From: Armatimonadota bacterium
GTDB lineage: Bacteria > Armatimonadota > HRBIN16
Assembly (NCBI GenBank): GCA_963677485.1
Contig: OY781964.1
Location: forward strand, 3,520,001-3,584,000
DNA: 64,000 nt
Direction: 5' to 3'
Each line of letters starts with the position of its first letter. Position 1 is the stretch's first letter. Position numbers and translations under genes: made by a program. Positions 18,260 to 27,793 of the stretch are shown here, piece by piece. Under the pieces are notes generated by a model, which searched no databases, had not been told where the DNA came from, and was given only the letters and a program-made list of their open reading frames with translations.

Positions 18260-20383
18260 ATGGATATCAGTTCAAGACTGTTCGTTGCGCGCTTTACATC
18301 ATGGATTATTGGGGTTTCACTAGCTTTATGTGGCTCCATATCCATTGCTCAAGGTGGCACCGTCGAATCGTGGGGTATCCTACGCATTCCGCCCGGCAGC
18401 CTTAATGGCTTTACCTCTGTGGATGCGGGCGACTACTACTCTGTGGGCCTGAAACAAGACGGGTCTATTGCCTGCTGGGGGAGTAACAGCATAGGGCAGT
18501 GTAACGTGCCTGCCCCTAACAGCAGCTTCACTGCGGTCACCGCAGGTTTCGACCATACCGTGGGACTGAAACGGGATGGCTCGGTAGTCTGTTGGGGAAA
18601 TCCTGAAAATGGGCAGCGTAATGTGCCGCTACCGAACCAGAACTTCATCGCAGTGAGTGCCGGACTTCACCATACGGTCGGGTTAAAAAGCGATGGCACC
18701 GTGGTCTGCTGGGGTGAGACCACGCTTGGTGCCAGTTCCTTACCCAACCCGAACCAGGACTTTACCGCTGTGGCGGCTGGTGACTACTTCAACGTGGGCC
18801 TGAAGCGCGACGGCTCGATCGTGTGTTGGGGCTACCTCGTCTACGGCATTGAGAACATTCCAGCTCCCAACAACGACTTTGTGGCGATTGCAGCCGGAAC
18901 GTATCACGCAGTAGCCCTGAAGCGTGATGGCACGATTGTGTGCTGGGGATACAATGCCTACCAACAGTGTGTGGTGCCTGGGACAAACCAAAACTTTGTG
19001 GCGGTGGCCGCAGGTAACTACTATTCCACAGGAATCAAGCGCGACGGCACCATTGTCAGTTGGGGACAGGATGATGCCGGTCAGTGTGGCCCACCAGTGC
19101 CGAACCAGGACTTCATAAACGCCGCAGGTGGACAGTGGCACTCGATCGGCTTGAAACGCGATGGTTCTGTGGTCTGCTGGGGTGACAACGAGTATAGCCA
19201 ATGCAGTATGCCATCTTCAAACCGCGATTTCGTTGCCCTTAAAGCAGGGGGGCAGCATGGAGTCGGGCTGAAGTCGGACGCGTCTGTAATCTGCTGGGGC
19301 TCCAACTACTATAGCCAATGCAGTGTGCCTGCACCAAACACGAATACTGTCGCTATCGATGCTGGGCTAAATTTCACTGCTTTGCTAAAGAGTGACGGCT
19401 CTGTTCGTTGCTGGGGTGATGACATCTACGAGCCTGCATCCAATCAAGGCTTCACTACCATTGCCGCTGGACACAGCTTCTGCGCCGGGTTAAAAAGTGA
19501 CGGCTCCATTGAGATATGGGGAGGGCCTTTTGCGCCACTGCCTCCGGTTGGTTCGATGAACACCAACTTCGTGGCGATCGCGGCAGGATATGATCAGCTC
19601 ATCGGGCTTAAAAAAGACGGCACTGTCTGGACTACAGAATATAACTCTACGCCATCAATGCCAGTTCCCAACCAGGGTTTTACCGCCGTCTCTTCGGGTG
19701 CCTACCACTATTTAGCACTGAAGACCGACGGTTCCATAGTCTGCTGGGGACGTCAAGGCGATGATATTCAACTGGTGCCTGAGCCAAATACGGGCTTCGT
19801 GGCCATCTCAGGAGGTGCTGACCACAGCGTTGGCCTCAAGAGTAATGGTTCGTTGGTGTGCTGGGGGCTCAATGATTACGGCCAGTGCGATGTCCCGTTA
19901 CCAAACAGCGGATTTACCGCGATCTCTGCTGGTGAGCAGTTCACGCTTGCGATCCGGGGTGAGCAGCCGATTTCGGGGCAGGTGCAATTGAGCAAGTTCC
20001 TAGGCAGTATCAGCTCGCAACGCATCACTGCGTCAGTGAACAACCACCAAGATACAACAATCACCCACTGCCTCAGCCTGCTTCCGCAACCGAGCGGGAA
20101 TTACTCCTTATCCACCTACCTGCAGCCTCCGTATGACATCCGCGTGAGCAGCCTGCACTTCCTCACCGCCAAGGCGACGAATGTGGCTGGTGGGCAAAGT
20201 ACCAACTTTGCGCTGGTAAACGGCGATGCAGATGGGGACGGGCAGATCAACCTGTTCGACTTCGTGGTGCTGGATTCCAACTTCGGCAAATCCACCCCGA
20301 TGGCTGATTTGGATGGCGACGGACAGGTGAACCTGTTCGATTACGTGGTCATCGACCAGAACTTCGGAGCCAAGGGGGAGTGA
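18260..20383 (+). CDS. Secreted RCC1/BLIP-II-repeat protein with dockerin-like tail (paralog 7)
   Basis: Same architecture; start moved from 18230 to ATG 18260 behind GGAGGG. Confidence 0.9.
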   Translation: MDISSRLFVARFTSWIIGVSLALCGSISIAQGGTVESWGILRIPPGSLNGFTSVDAGDYYSVGLKQDGSIACWGSNSIGQCNVPAPNSSFTAVTAGFDHTVGLKRDGSVVCWGNPENGQRNVPLPNQNFIAVSAGLHHTVGLKSDGTVVCWGETTLGASSLPNPNQDFTAVAAGDYFNVGLKRDGSIVCWGYLVYGIENIPAPNNDFVAIAAGTYHAVALKRDGTIVCWGYNAYQQCVVPGTNQNFVAVAAGNYYSTGIKRDGTIVSWGQDDAGQCGPPVPNQDFINAAGGQWHSIGLKRDGSVVCWGDNEYSQCSMPSSNRDFVALKAGGQHGVGLKSDASVICWGSNYYSQCSVPAPNTNTVAIDAGLNFTALLKSDGSVRCWGDDIYEPASNQGFTTIAAGHSFCAGLKSDGSIEIWGGPFAPLPPVGSMNTNFVAIAAGYDQLIGLKKDGTVWTTEYNSTPSMPVPNQGFTAVSSGAYHYLALKTDGSIVCWGRQGDDIQLVPEPNTGFVAISGGADHSVGLKSNGSLVCWGLNDYGQCDVPLPNSGFTAISAGEQFTLAIRGEQPISGQVQLSKFLGSISSQRITASVNNHQDTTITHCLSLLPQPSGNYSLSTYLQPPYDIRVSSLHFLTAKATNVAGGQSTNFALVNGDADGDGQINLFDFVVLDSNFGKSTPMADLDGDGQVNLFDYVVIDQNFGAKGE

Positions 20384-20391
20384 GGCGGACT

Positions 20392-20426
20392 AAAAAGGGG
20401 CAACCACGGGGGGTTGCCCCTTCTTT
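20392..20426. terminator. Bidirectional intrinsic terminator between convergent genes
   Basis: AAAAA-GGGGCAACC-loop-GGTTGCCCC-TTCTTT. Confidence 0.75.
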
Positions 20427-20456
20427 GGATGGTCAGCATACTATTTAGCGGTCATA

Positions 20457-20870
20457 CTACCGTTGGATACCGGTCATATTGGCACTGGTGAAGTCCGCAC
20501 CCAGCAGATTCGCTCCCGTGAGGTTGGTCCGGCTGAGGTTCGCACGATACAGTATCGCCCCACTTAAGTCGGCTCCACTCAGGTCCACCCCACTCAGGTC
20601 AGCACCGGTTAAATTGGCTCCTGATAGGTTGGCCCCTCCCATATTTGCCCCGGTAAAATCGGCATCTGTCAGATTGGCTCCCTGCATGTTCGCCTCACTC
20701 AGTTCCACGGCTCCAAGGAAGCCTCCGCTGAGGTCGGCCTGTGCCAGGTTGGCACCAAACAAGTTCGCAAATTCCAGATTCGCCTTACGGGCTTCTATCA
20801 CCGACCTTGTGTCGGCAAAATCGCCGGAAATGATGACCTCACCACGTCTGCTTCTGATTTCGATTTGCAT
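20457..20870 (-). CDS. Pentapeptide repeat protein
   Basis: Tandem A(N/D)LxG repeats over ~105 aa. Confidence 0.9.
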   Translation of the reverse strand: MQIEIRSRRGEVIISGDFADTRSVIEARKANLEFANLFGANLAQADLSGGFLGAVELSEANMQGANLTDADFTGANMGGANLSGANLTGADLSGVDLSGADLSGAILYRANLSRTNLTGANLLGADFTSANMTGIQR

Positions 20871-21052
20871 TGGATATTGCCCCTTTTACCGGAAATTCAC
20901 TTCACTATCTGCATCATACCCCACATGGCTTGCTAATCGCGTGAATTTGTCGTTGGCTGACCCTATCGTGCCCATCAATGTGTCTCAGCGGATACTATGA
21001 ATGTGGTGTATGGCACTCGGTCCTTCCGCTAACCACCGAAAGGAATATCATC

Positions 21053-22081
21053 ATGACATCGAAAGAACGCGTCTATGCGGCCATCAGGCGACAGAGTGTC
21101 GACCGTGTGCCCCGTTATCTTTGGTTCCATCCCGACATTCTTATAGAAGCCGGCAGACGGCTTGGCACCAGTGGTTTTGCCACTGAAGCAGCATTGGGGA
21201 ACGATATCCTCCAGCCATGGGTGTCGATCAACGGCTCGATGGCCCGTCAGGTGGCGGAAGGGGTGGAGTTCACGGATGACTTCGGCATCACCTGGCTCCG
21301 CAGAGGGCTGTACAACACCGTGATCCACCATCCCCTCAAGGATGCGGACATTGCGATGATTCAGAGCTATCCCATGACTGATGCTACAGGGAGTTCGCGG
21401 TATTCGGTTCTTGAAGAACTGATGGCTCAATTTGGACATGAAAAGTTCATCGGTGCTGATGTGTCTGGCTCGATATTCGAACCAGCCTACCACCTAAGAA
21501 ATATGGAAAATCTGCTGATAGATATGATGACGGGGGCCGAAGAGGCCGAAGCCATATTCGACAAGACAATGGAGTTCACCATCCTCGCCGCGAAGGAATC
21601 CCTGCGCAGAGGGGTGGACTGGGTGTGGCTGGGCGACGATGTGGGCACGCAGACCGGCATGATCATGAGCCCGCGGATCTGGCGTAAGATGCTGAAGCCC
21701 AGGATGAAGCAGATCATCGACGAGTTAAGGTCGGTCAAGTCGGAGGTGATCATCGCGTATCACTCATGCGGATCCATTCACCCGATCATCGGTGATCTCG
21801 TGGAAATTGGCATCAACGTCTTAAACCCGCTGCAACCGATGGCGGCAGATATGGATAACCTGGAGATCAAGAGAGAGTATGGATCGGTTCTCAGCTTCAT
21901 GGCAGGCATAGACACGCAGGGCTTCCTACCGAACGCATCTCCGCAGGCAGTGAAAGACGAAACCAGAAGGATTATCGACACCATGGGTGAAGGCGGTGGG
22001 TTGATATTTGCAGGCTCGCACACCATACAGACGGATGTACCATGGGGCAATATCGAGGCCATGCTCGAAGCACTGGAATAA
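21053..22081 (+). CDS. Uroporphyrinogen decarboxylase (UroD/MtaA/CmuA) superfamily protein
   Basis: MTSKERV..DRVP, GDDVGTQTGMIMSP, YHSCG, LNPLQP, HTIQTDVPWGN; start moved from 20978 to ATG 21053 behind AAGGA. Confidence 0.85.
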   Translation: MTSKERVYAAIRRQSVDRVPRYLWFHPDILIEAGRRLGTSGFATEAALGNDILQPWVSINGSMARQVAEGVEFTDDFGITWLRRGLYNTVIHHPLKDADIAMIQSYPMTDATGSSRYSVLEELMAQFGHEKFIGADVSGSIFEPAYHLRNMENLLIDMMTGAEEAEAIFDKTMEFTILAAKESLRRGVDWVWLGDDVGTQTGMIMSPRIWRKMLKPRMKQIIDELRSVKSEVIIAYHSCGSIHPIIGDLVEIGINVLNPLQPMAADMDNLEIKREYGSVLSFMAGIDTQGFLPNASPQAVKDETRRIIDTMGEGGGLIFAGSHTIQTDVPWGNIEAMLEALE

Positions 22082-22261
22082 GCCGGGGTTATGTTTTTTT
22101 CCGTGGCAGTCCCCATCTTGATGGACAGGTGGCCTTGGGCCCGATATCATCGGGTGGCAACGGTGCATGTCGGTAACTGGATTCGCATAATCCCAGTCTA
22201 TAAGTAAGAATAGATTCATAATGATTAGCGTCGATCGCGATGTTACCTGAAGGAGTATTCG

Positions 22262-23488
22262 ATGACCTTGATCCGAAAGTGTTCGCTTGTCTGCGCTGCG
22301 GCCCTCATGGCGGTGCTGCTCACGATGAGCCTCAAAGCTGCACCGCTGCTCAAAGCTGGGCAACGGCTGGTGTTTCTAGGCGATAGCATCACACAGCAGC
22401 GGATATACACACGCTATGTGATGAACTACTTCACGATGCGTTACCCGGGCAGCAGTTTTAGCTTTCGGAACGCGGGTATAGGCGGTGATCAGGCCTCATG
22501 GGCAGTCGATCGTATCGACCGCGATGTCTTGAGCTTGAAGCCCGATGTGGTGACCATATGTTTCGGGGTCAACGATGTCGGTTATAAGCCGTTCACCCAG
22601 GAGGCGTATGACGCCTACATCGGCAGCCTGAAGGCGATGATTGTGAAGTTGAAGCAGGCCGGTGTTCAGGTCGTGCTCTTGACATCGACCGTAGTGGATG
22701 ATGATACCGTTGCTAGCTTCAAGCCTTTCCTGAATGAGGCACTTAGTCAGTTCAGGGACGGCCTGATGGCTCTTGCTCGCGAAGAAAGGGTGCCCATTTA
22801 CGACTTGTATGCGCTGATGATGGATATCCAAACCCGGGCTAAGGCCGACGATAAGTGGTTTACCATGTTCCTGGATGGTGTCCATCCTAACAACGCAGGG
22901 CATTCGTTGATCGCTCTGGCTTTGTTGAAGGCGCTGGGAGCGATCGAGCAACCGGCGACACTTACGGTGGATGCCAGCAGCAAGCAGTTCAGTGCAGAGA
23001 AGTGCAAGCTGACCAATCTGCGGGTATCTGAACGTAGGCTAAGTTTCACGAGAACTGATGATGCGCTGCCGGTTTGGTTTGATGCCAATGCGGCGGTCAT
23101 CCGCAAATATATCGACCTTACCAATGAGATCAACAGGTACATGTTCAAAGTCTCCGGGCTGTCAAAGGGCAACTGGAGGTTGAAAGTGCAGAATACTGTC
23201 ATCGGCACATTTTCCAACGAGGCCCTGGCGGCAGGGGTAAACCTGGCCACATATGATGGCCCCTGGATGCAGATGGGCAAGTCGGTGAACGCCATCTCGC
23301 AGGCGCAGGAGGATTTCTACCTGAATAACTGGCGCATCTCGAGAGATCAGCTTCCTGACACCGTGTTGACGTCCGACCAGACTGCCACAGCTAAACAGCA
23401 GATGGGTACCCTGGCAGCCCTGATGGAGACAACCCGTCTGGAAGCCGTAGCACATCGGTGCTGGAACTGGAACCTGGAGAAGCAATAA
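22262..23488 (+). CDS. Secreted SGNH/GDSL hydrolase
   Basis: Signal peptide; blocks FLGDSIT, GIGG, GVND, DGVHP all intact. Confidence 0.9.
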   Translation: MTLIRKCSLVCAAALMAVLLTMSLKAAPLLKAGQRLVFLGDSITQQRIYTRYVMNYFTMRYPGSSFSFRNAGIGGDQASWAVDRIDRDVLSLKPDVVTICFGVNDVGYKPFTQEAYDAYIGSLKAMIVKLKQAGVQVVLLTSTVVDDDTVASFKPFLNEALSQFRDGLMALAREERVPIYDLYALMMDIQTRAKADDKWFTMFLDGVHPNNAGHSLIALALLKALGAIEQPATLTVDASSKQFSAEKCKLTNLRVSERRLSFTRTDDALPVWFDANAAVIRKYIDLTNEINRYMFKVSGLSKGNWRLKVQNTVIGTFSNEALAAGVNLATYDGPWMQMGKSVNAISQAQEDFYLNNWRISRDQLPDTVLTSDQTATAKQQMGTLAALMETTRLEAVAHRCWNWNLEKQ

Positions 23489-24751
23489 ATGAAAGCACAA
23501 CACATCAACTACATCAAACGTGGCGTAGTCCTCTGTATTGCGTTGGTCATGGGCACGATCCTAACTACACCTATACAGGCTGATCCGCTGCTTAAGCCGG
23601 GTCAGCGGATGGTCTTCCTGGGTGACTACATCACAGAACAAAACATGTATACACGATATGTTGCCAACGCCTTCTCCCTGCGCTACCCCGGGGTTTCGTA
23701 TAGCTTCCGTAACCTGGAACGGCGCGGCGACACGGTGCAGGCTGGAACCGCCAGGATACAGCACGATGTGCTGATTCTAAAGCCGGATGTGGCGGTCGTG
23801 CTCTGCACCAACTATGAAATCAAGACCGTGCCGTTTGTCAGCTTCTGGCCATTCACCAGTGCCACCATCGGCCCATATATAGCCGGCATCAGGTCGCTTG
23901 TTCATGAACTCCACAACGATGGCATTAAGGTAGTGCTCATCACCCCACCATGCATGGAGCTCGGTAAAAACTGGCGGTTCAAGGGCGATTACAATACTAA
24001 CATCGTGGCAGGGCTGGCAGATGCTGTGAAGAAGATCGCAGCCGACGAAAAGCTGCCCTGCGTTGACCTCTATACTCTGATGCTTGATGTGATGACGAGA
24101 ATGAAGGCGGATGACTCCAGCTACACTTTCATCCCCTGGGGTAATGAGCCTTCTCATGCAGCTCAGTCGGTGATGGCGTATGCGGTGCTCAAGGGTCTTG
24201 GCTTCGGTGATCAGCCTGCCTCCTTAAATATCAACGTGCGGTTCGGCAGGATGTCGGCCGCGAAATGCACCGTGAGCGGACTACACATAACCGACAACAA
24301 AGTCGTGTTCATCCGTACCGATGCGGCGTTGCCAACCTACCTCGATCCTGAAGCTGACAAGATGAAAGCCTACTTGCCATTCTCGAAGGAATTAAACAAC
24401 TACCCGCTGACCGTGTCAGGACTATCTGAGGGCAGGTGGAAGTTGACGGTGCAGGGCATTGAGGTGGGCGTCTTTACCGCTGATGAGCTGGCGGCTGGCG
24501 TGAACCTGACTGATAAGCCCGGTCCATGGACGGAGATGGGGAAGAAGGTCAACGCCATCACCAAGCTGCAGGATGACATAGCCAATAACAACTGGCGGAT
24601 CTATACCCAGCAGATACCAACGTCTGACTTCCCTGAGGCAACCATCGAAAAAGCCCGGCAGACGGTGGATGCGCTGATCAATACATTTGAGCAAGCCCGT
24701 ATCAAGGCTACATCTCAAAGAACCTGGAACTGGTTGCTGGAGAAGCAATAG
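23489..24751 (+). CDS. SGNH/GDSL-fold paralog with degenerate catalytic residues
   Basis: Colinear with upstream gene but FLGDYIT and WGNEP replace GDSIT and DGVHP; TAAATG junction. Confidence 0.8.
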   Translation: MKAQHINYIKRGVVLCIALVMGTILTTPIQADPLLKPGQRMVFLGDYITEQNMYTRYVANAFSLRYPGVSYSFRNLERRGDTVQAGTARIQHDVLILKPDVAVVLCTNYEIKTVPFVSFWPFTSATIGPYIAGIRSLVHELHNDGIKVVLITPPCMELGKNWRFKGDYNTNIVAGLADAVKKIAADEKLPCVDLYTLMLDVMTRMKADDSSYTFIPWGNEPSHAAQSVMAYAVLKGLGFGDQPASLNINVRFGRMSAAKCTVSGLHITDNKVVFIRTDAALPTYLDPEADKMKAYLPFSKELNNYPLTVSGLSEGRWKLTVQGIEVGVFTADELAAGVNLTDKPGPWTEMGKKVNAITKLQDDIANNNWRIYTQQIPTSDFPEATIEKARQTVDALINTFEQARIKATSQRTWNWLLEKQ

Positions 24752-24782
24752 GAAGTCAAATAACAGCCAATACCTTAGTCAG

Positions 24783-25892
24783 CTATGACTTATACACCCG
24801 TGGCACCATTGGGCTGGTGGGGATGCGAAACGCGGGGACATCCACAACGCTGCCGAGTTGGATGTCAGGGTGGTTGGTGACGTCCAGCACAGTAAACTGC
24901 ATGGCCACACGGCCAAGCACTGGGATGGCCTTGCCGTCATGTAACACATGCAAACGGCCTTGGCTTCTTTTAGCAATCAGCTTGAATACATTCTGTCGGT
25001 AGAAGGGGCCACTTGGCATCATCGTGTATCCATCGGCGTAACCGACAGGTAACACCGCGGTGCGGGTCGGCCGGCGCGTTTTTACATCAGCACCATATCC
25101 TACGCCACAGCCAGTGGGCAGCAGTTTGACCTCGCAAACCCGCGACTTAAATGCCCAGGTGGGCTTCAGATTGAGCTGTGTCGTACAGCCTGATACCGGG
25201 CATTGGCCGAATAGTACGGTGCCGATGCGTACCATATTCAATCTGGTTTCTGGATGTTTGAACATGGCGGCACTGTTGGCTATATGGGTTTTGGTGGAAG
25301 CAGGCAGTGGCTGCGAAAGGTCTGCCAACATATTTTTGAACTTCAAGAACTGTTTACTGACACCAGCCCCCGAGATCTCGGATGCTGTGGCAAAATGGGA
25401 ATAGACACCGTCAAGCTGCACAAACTTGCACATCAGGGCCATCTCGATAATGTCGTTGACCTCTGCCGGTAACGCCCCAAGACGGCTCATACCTGTGTCG
25501 ACTTTAATATGTATCCGGGCGGTTTTCTGCATCTTCACAGCGATCTCCGTTGCCTTTGAGACAGCGGTCTTTCGCGTTACGGTGATGCTGATATCTCGGT
25601 TGAATGCCTCGCAGAGTTCGTCATCAAACAGGGGAGTAAAAACCAGGATTGGTGCGGTGATGCCGGCTTCACGCAGAGCGATCGCCTCGCCAAGCCGAGA
25701 CACAGCGAGGGAATTGGCTCCAGCCTTGATGAGGCTGATGCTCGGTTCAACGAACCCGTGTCCATAGCCATTGGCTTTCACCACGGCCATGATGGCAACA
25801 TCAGGCCCGATGAGCTGCTGTACCGATATCAGGTTCGCTGCGATGGCTTTTAAGTCTACCTCAACCCAAGTGTCTTGTGGCGTCCAGGTCAT
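24783..25892 (-). CDS. alr: Alanine racemase family protein
   Basis: AVVKANGYGHG (PLP Lys), HIKVDTGMSRLG, SHFA, VGYG, GYADG; start moved to ATG 25892 just after the femABX-family stop. Confidence 0.85.
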   Translation of the reverse strand: MTWTPQDTWVEVDLKAIAANLISVQQLIGPDVAIMAVVKANGYGHGFVEPSISLIKAGANSLAVSRLGEAIALREAGITAPILVFTPLFDDELCEAFNRDISITVTRKTAVSKATEIAVKMQKTARIHIKVDTGMSRLGALPAEVNDIIEMALMCKFVQLDGVYSHFATASEISGAGVSKQFLKFKNMLADLSQPLPASTKTHIANSAAMFKHPETRLNMVRIGTVLFGQCPVSGCTTQLNLKPTWAFKSRVCEVKLLPTGCGVGYGADVKTRRPTRTAVLPVGYADGYTMMPSGPFYRQNVFKLIAKRSQGRLHVLHDGKAIPVLGRVAMQFTVLDVTNHPDIQLGSVVDVPAFRIPTSPMVPRVYKS

Positions 25893-25897
25893 CACCG

Positions 25898-26983
25898 TTA
25901 CTCCTGTTGTTTTTGAGCCCGTCGTTTGATAATTGATTGAATTTTGGGCATACCAACGTTCCATAGCCAATACCATGCTGGTGATAAGACCATATCATAT
26001 TCACCAAGATATTCTACGAACCTTGGGTTAAACCCCTCTTTAAAGCGATTAAGCCCTTCAAGGTGAGCATCTCCCGCCCCTTTTTTAGGGCTCACACCGC
26101 GGAAGTCATACCACTTGCATCCGGCTTCCTGGGCCCATTGGATGAGGCTCCATTGCATCAGGTGGTTAGGCATCATATTGCGGTGTTCATTGGAGCTTGC
26201 ACCATAAGTATACATCGCCCGGTCACCAATAATGTATACCAAGGCGCCTGCTAGTGGTTGGCCGTTGTAATAGGTTAAGGCCATGCGCATCATACCTGCG
26301 GGTACAAGCAAGTCCCACATCTGTTCGAAGTAGCTGATCGAGCGTACCAGGAACCCATCGCGGGCGCAGGTTTCCTTCAAGAGCTCGTAAAAGACGGGTA
26401 GCTGTTCACGGCTGCAGTTGTTGTCTACAGTGACACCCTTACGGGCCGCCAGCCGGATGTTATAGCGCCATTTTTCCTTAAAACTGGCCAGAAGCTCATC
26501 GGCAGGCAGTGCCAGGTCAAGCTGCATCACGCATTTGGGTTGCGTACCGCCAAATCCACCTGCGTTGACAGGTTGAAATCCTGCATCTGCGATATTCTCT
26601 GCATCGGTGGTCTGCTCAATAGTCACCGGTGGATCGATCTTCAATAGTATCGCACGCTGTTGCCGTGCCACTTCGCGCAAATGGTCCATGAACTGAAGGG
26701 TGAGTTCGCGGTCTGATGAATCCCAGACTGGACCTCGGGAGGCATATAGTATGCATCGTCCGGTTTTAGGGATATTGCGGCGTAACAGAGAGGCGACGGC
26801 GACAACCTTACCGTCTTGGTGAGCCATCACACGGATGGGCTTCCATCCCGACTTGGCCTTTAGGTCGCCCCATTCGAAACTTTGCATGAGGTCGCCGGTA
26901 GGGAAATCTGCAATGAAACGGTTAAATGCTTCCCTTTCATTCTCTGTAGCAATGGTATATGTAAGTTTGGAATTTATGCTCAT
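25898..26983 (-). CDS. FemABX-family peptidoglycan bridge aminoacyltransferase
   Basis: LMQSFEWGDLK, RGPV, LKIDP, WRYNIRLAARKGV, YGASS, YDFRG, GLNRFKEGF. Confidence 0.9.
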   Translation of the reverse strand: MSINSKLTYTIATENEREAFNRFIADFPTGDLMQSFEWGDLKAKSGWKPIRVMAHQDGKVVAVASLLRRNIPKTGRCILYASRGPVWDSSDRELTLQFMDHLREVARQQRAILLKIDPPVTIEQTTDAENIADAGFQPVNAGGFGGTQPKCVMQLDLALPADELLASFKEKWRYNIRLAARKGVTVDNNCSREQLPVFYELLKETCARDGFLVRSISYFEQMWDLLVPAGMMRMALTYYNGQPLAGALVYIIGDRAMYTYGASSNEHRNMMPNHLMQWSLIQWAQEAGCKWYDFRGVSPKKGAGDAHLEGLNRFKEGFNPRFVEYLGEYDMVLSPAWYWLWNVGMPKIQSIIKRRAQKQQE

Positions 26984-26996
26984 ATCAATATTGTAA

Positions 26997-27025
26997 CTCT
27001 ATGGCCGTCATTTTCGGCCATAGAG
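26997..27025. promoter_or_regulatory. Intergenic hairpin between rluB and femABX-family gene
   Basis: CTCTATGGCCG-TCATTTT-CGGCCATAGAG. Confidence 0.45.
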
Positions 27026-27053
27026 CCATCAAGAGGTAGTGATAGTGGTTAAA

Positions 27054-27788
27054 CTAGAGTCCGACTTGCTCCAGCAAATCTTTGATTTCGCCCGTTTGAA
27101 GTGGCCGGTAATCTCCCGGAGCGAGCCCTTTTATGCTGACATTACCGAATGCACTACGGTGCAGCCGCACGACGTTGCCGCCTACCGCGGAGATCATGCG
27201 CTTCACCTGGTGGTTGCGTCCTTCATGGATGGTGATTTCCAGGTGAGTCGGGTTTTTGTCAAACCACACACGTGCGGGTGATGTCCAGCCGTCCTCCAGC
27301 TCCACACCTTGACGCAGGGCGGTGATCTGTTCCCGGTCCAGCGGTCTGTCGATCAAAGCCAGGTAGGTTTTATTGACACCGTAGCGCGGGTGTGTCAAAC
27401 GGAAAGCCAGTTCGCCATCGTTGGTTAGCAGCAGGGCACCAGTGGTGTCAATATCAAGCCTGCCGACGGGGTAAACCCGAAGCTTCACATTCTTCATGAG
27501 GTCAATCACCGTAGTCTGCTCTTGCTGGCCGATACAGGTTGTGACCACACCCTCTGGTTTGTTCATGATGTAGTAGACCAGCCGGTCGGCAAACTTGGCC
27601 AGAACGCCGTCCACCACCACTTTGTCACTGGGCAGCGCTTTACTGCCAAGTTCAGTCACGACCTTGCCATTCACGGTGACACGGCCATCGGTGATGATCT
27701 TTTCGCAGGCTCGCCGCGAGCCGAAGCCCGCCTCTGCCAGCAACTTTTGAAGCCTCATTGGCTCTTGGGGAGTATCATTCTCGGTCAT
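27054..27788 (-). CDS. rluB: 23S rRNA pseudouridine synthase (RluB/RsuA family, S4 domain)
   Basis: RLQKLLAEAGFGSRR, NKPxGV, YPVGRLD, GRNHQVKRM. Confidence 0.85.
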   Translation of the reverse strand: MTENDTPQEPMRLQKLLAEAGFGSRRACEKIITDGRVTVNGKVVTELGSKALPSDKVVVDGVLAKFADRLVYYIMNKPEGVVTTCIGQQEQTTVIDLMKNVKLRVYPVGRLDIDTTGALLLTNDGELAFRLTHPRYGVNKTYLALIDRPLDREQITALRQGVELEDGWTSPARVWFDKNPTHLEITIHEGRNHQVKRMISAVGGNVVRLHRSAFGNVSIKGLAPGDYRPLQTGEIKDLLEQVGL

Positions 27789-27793
27789 TGGTT

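Noticed and set aside
170-20064. Many antisense ORFs with recurring PQQTTEPS / TPADHR motifs
   Set aside because: Shadows of the repetitive plus-strand genes
125-20383. ~120-bp periodic repeats as a CRISPR array or DGR target/template pair
   Set aside because: The repeats are in-frame protein repeats with synonymous variation; there are no fixed repeat-spacer units, cas genes, reverse transcriptase or adenine-specific mismatch pair
125-20383. Obligate intra-blade disulfide between CWG and GQC cysteines
   Set aside because: The two Cys do not strictly co-occur (e.g. AWGSNSNGQC, CWGYPTEGAL), so it cannot be asserted from sequence
20479-21000. 173-aa plus-strand ORF with SAPxR repeats
   Set aside because: Antisense shadow of the pentapeptide gene
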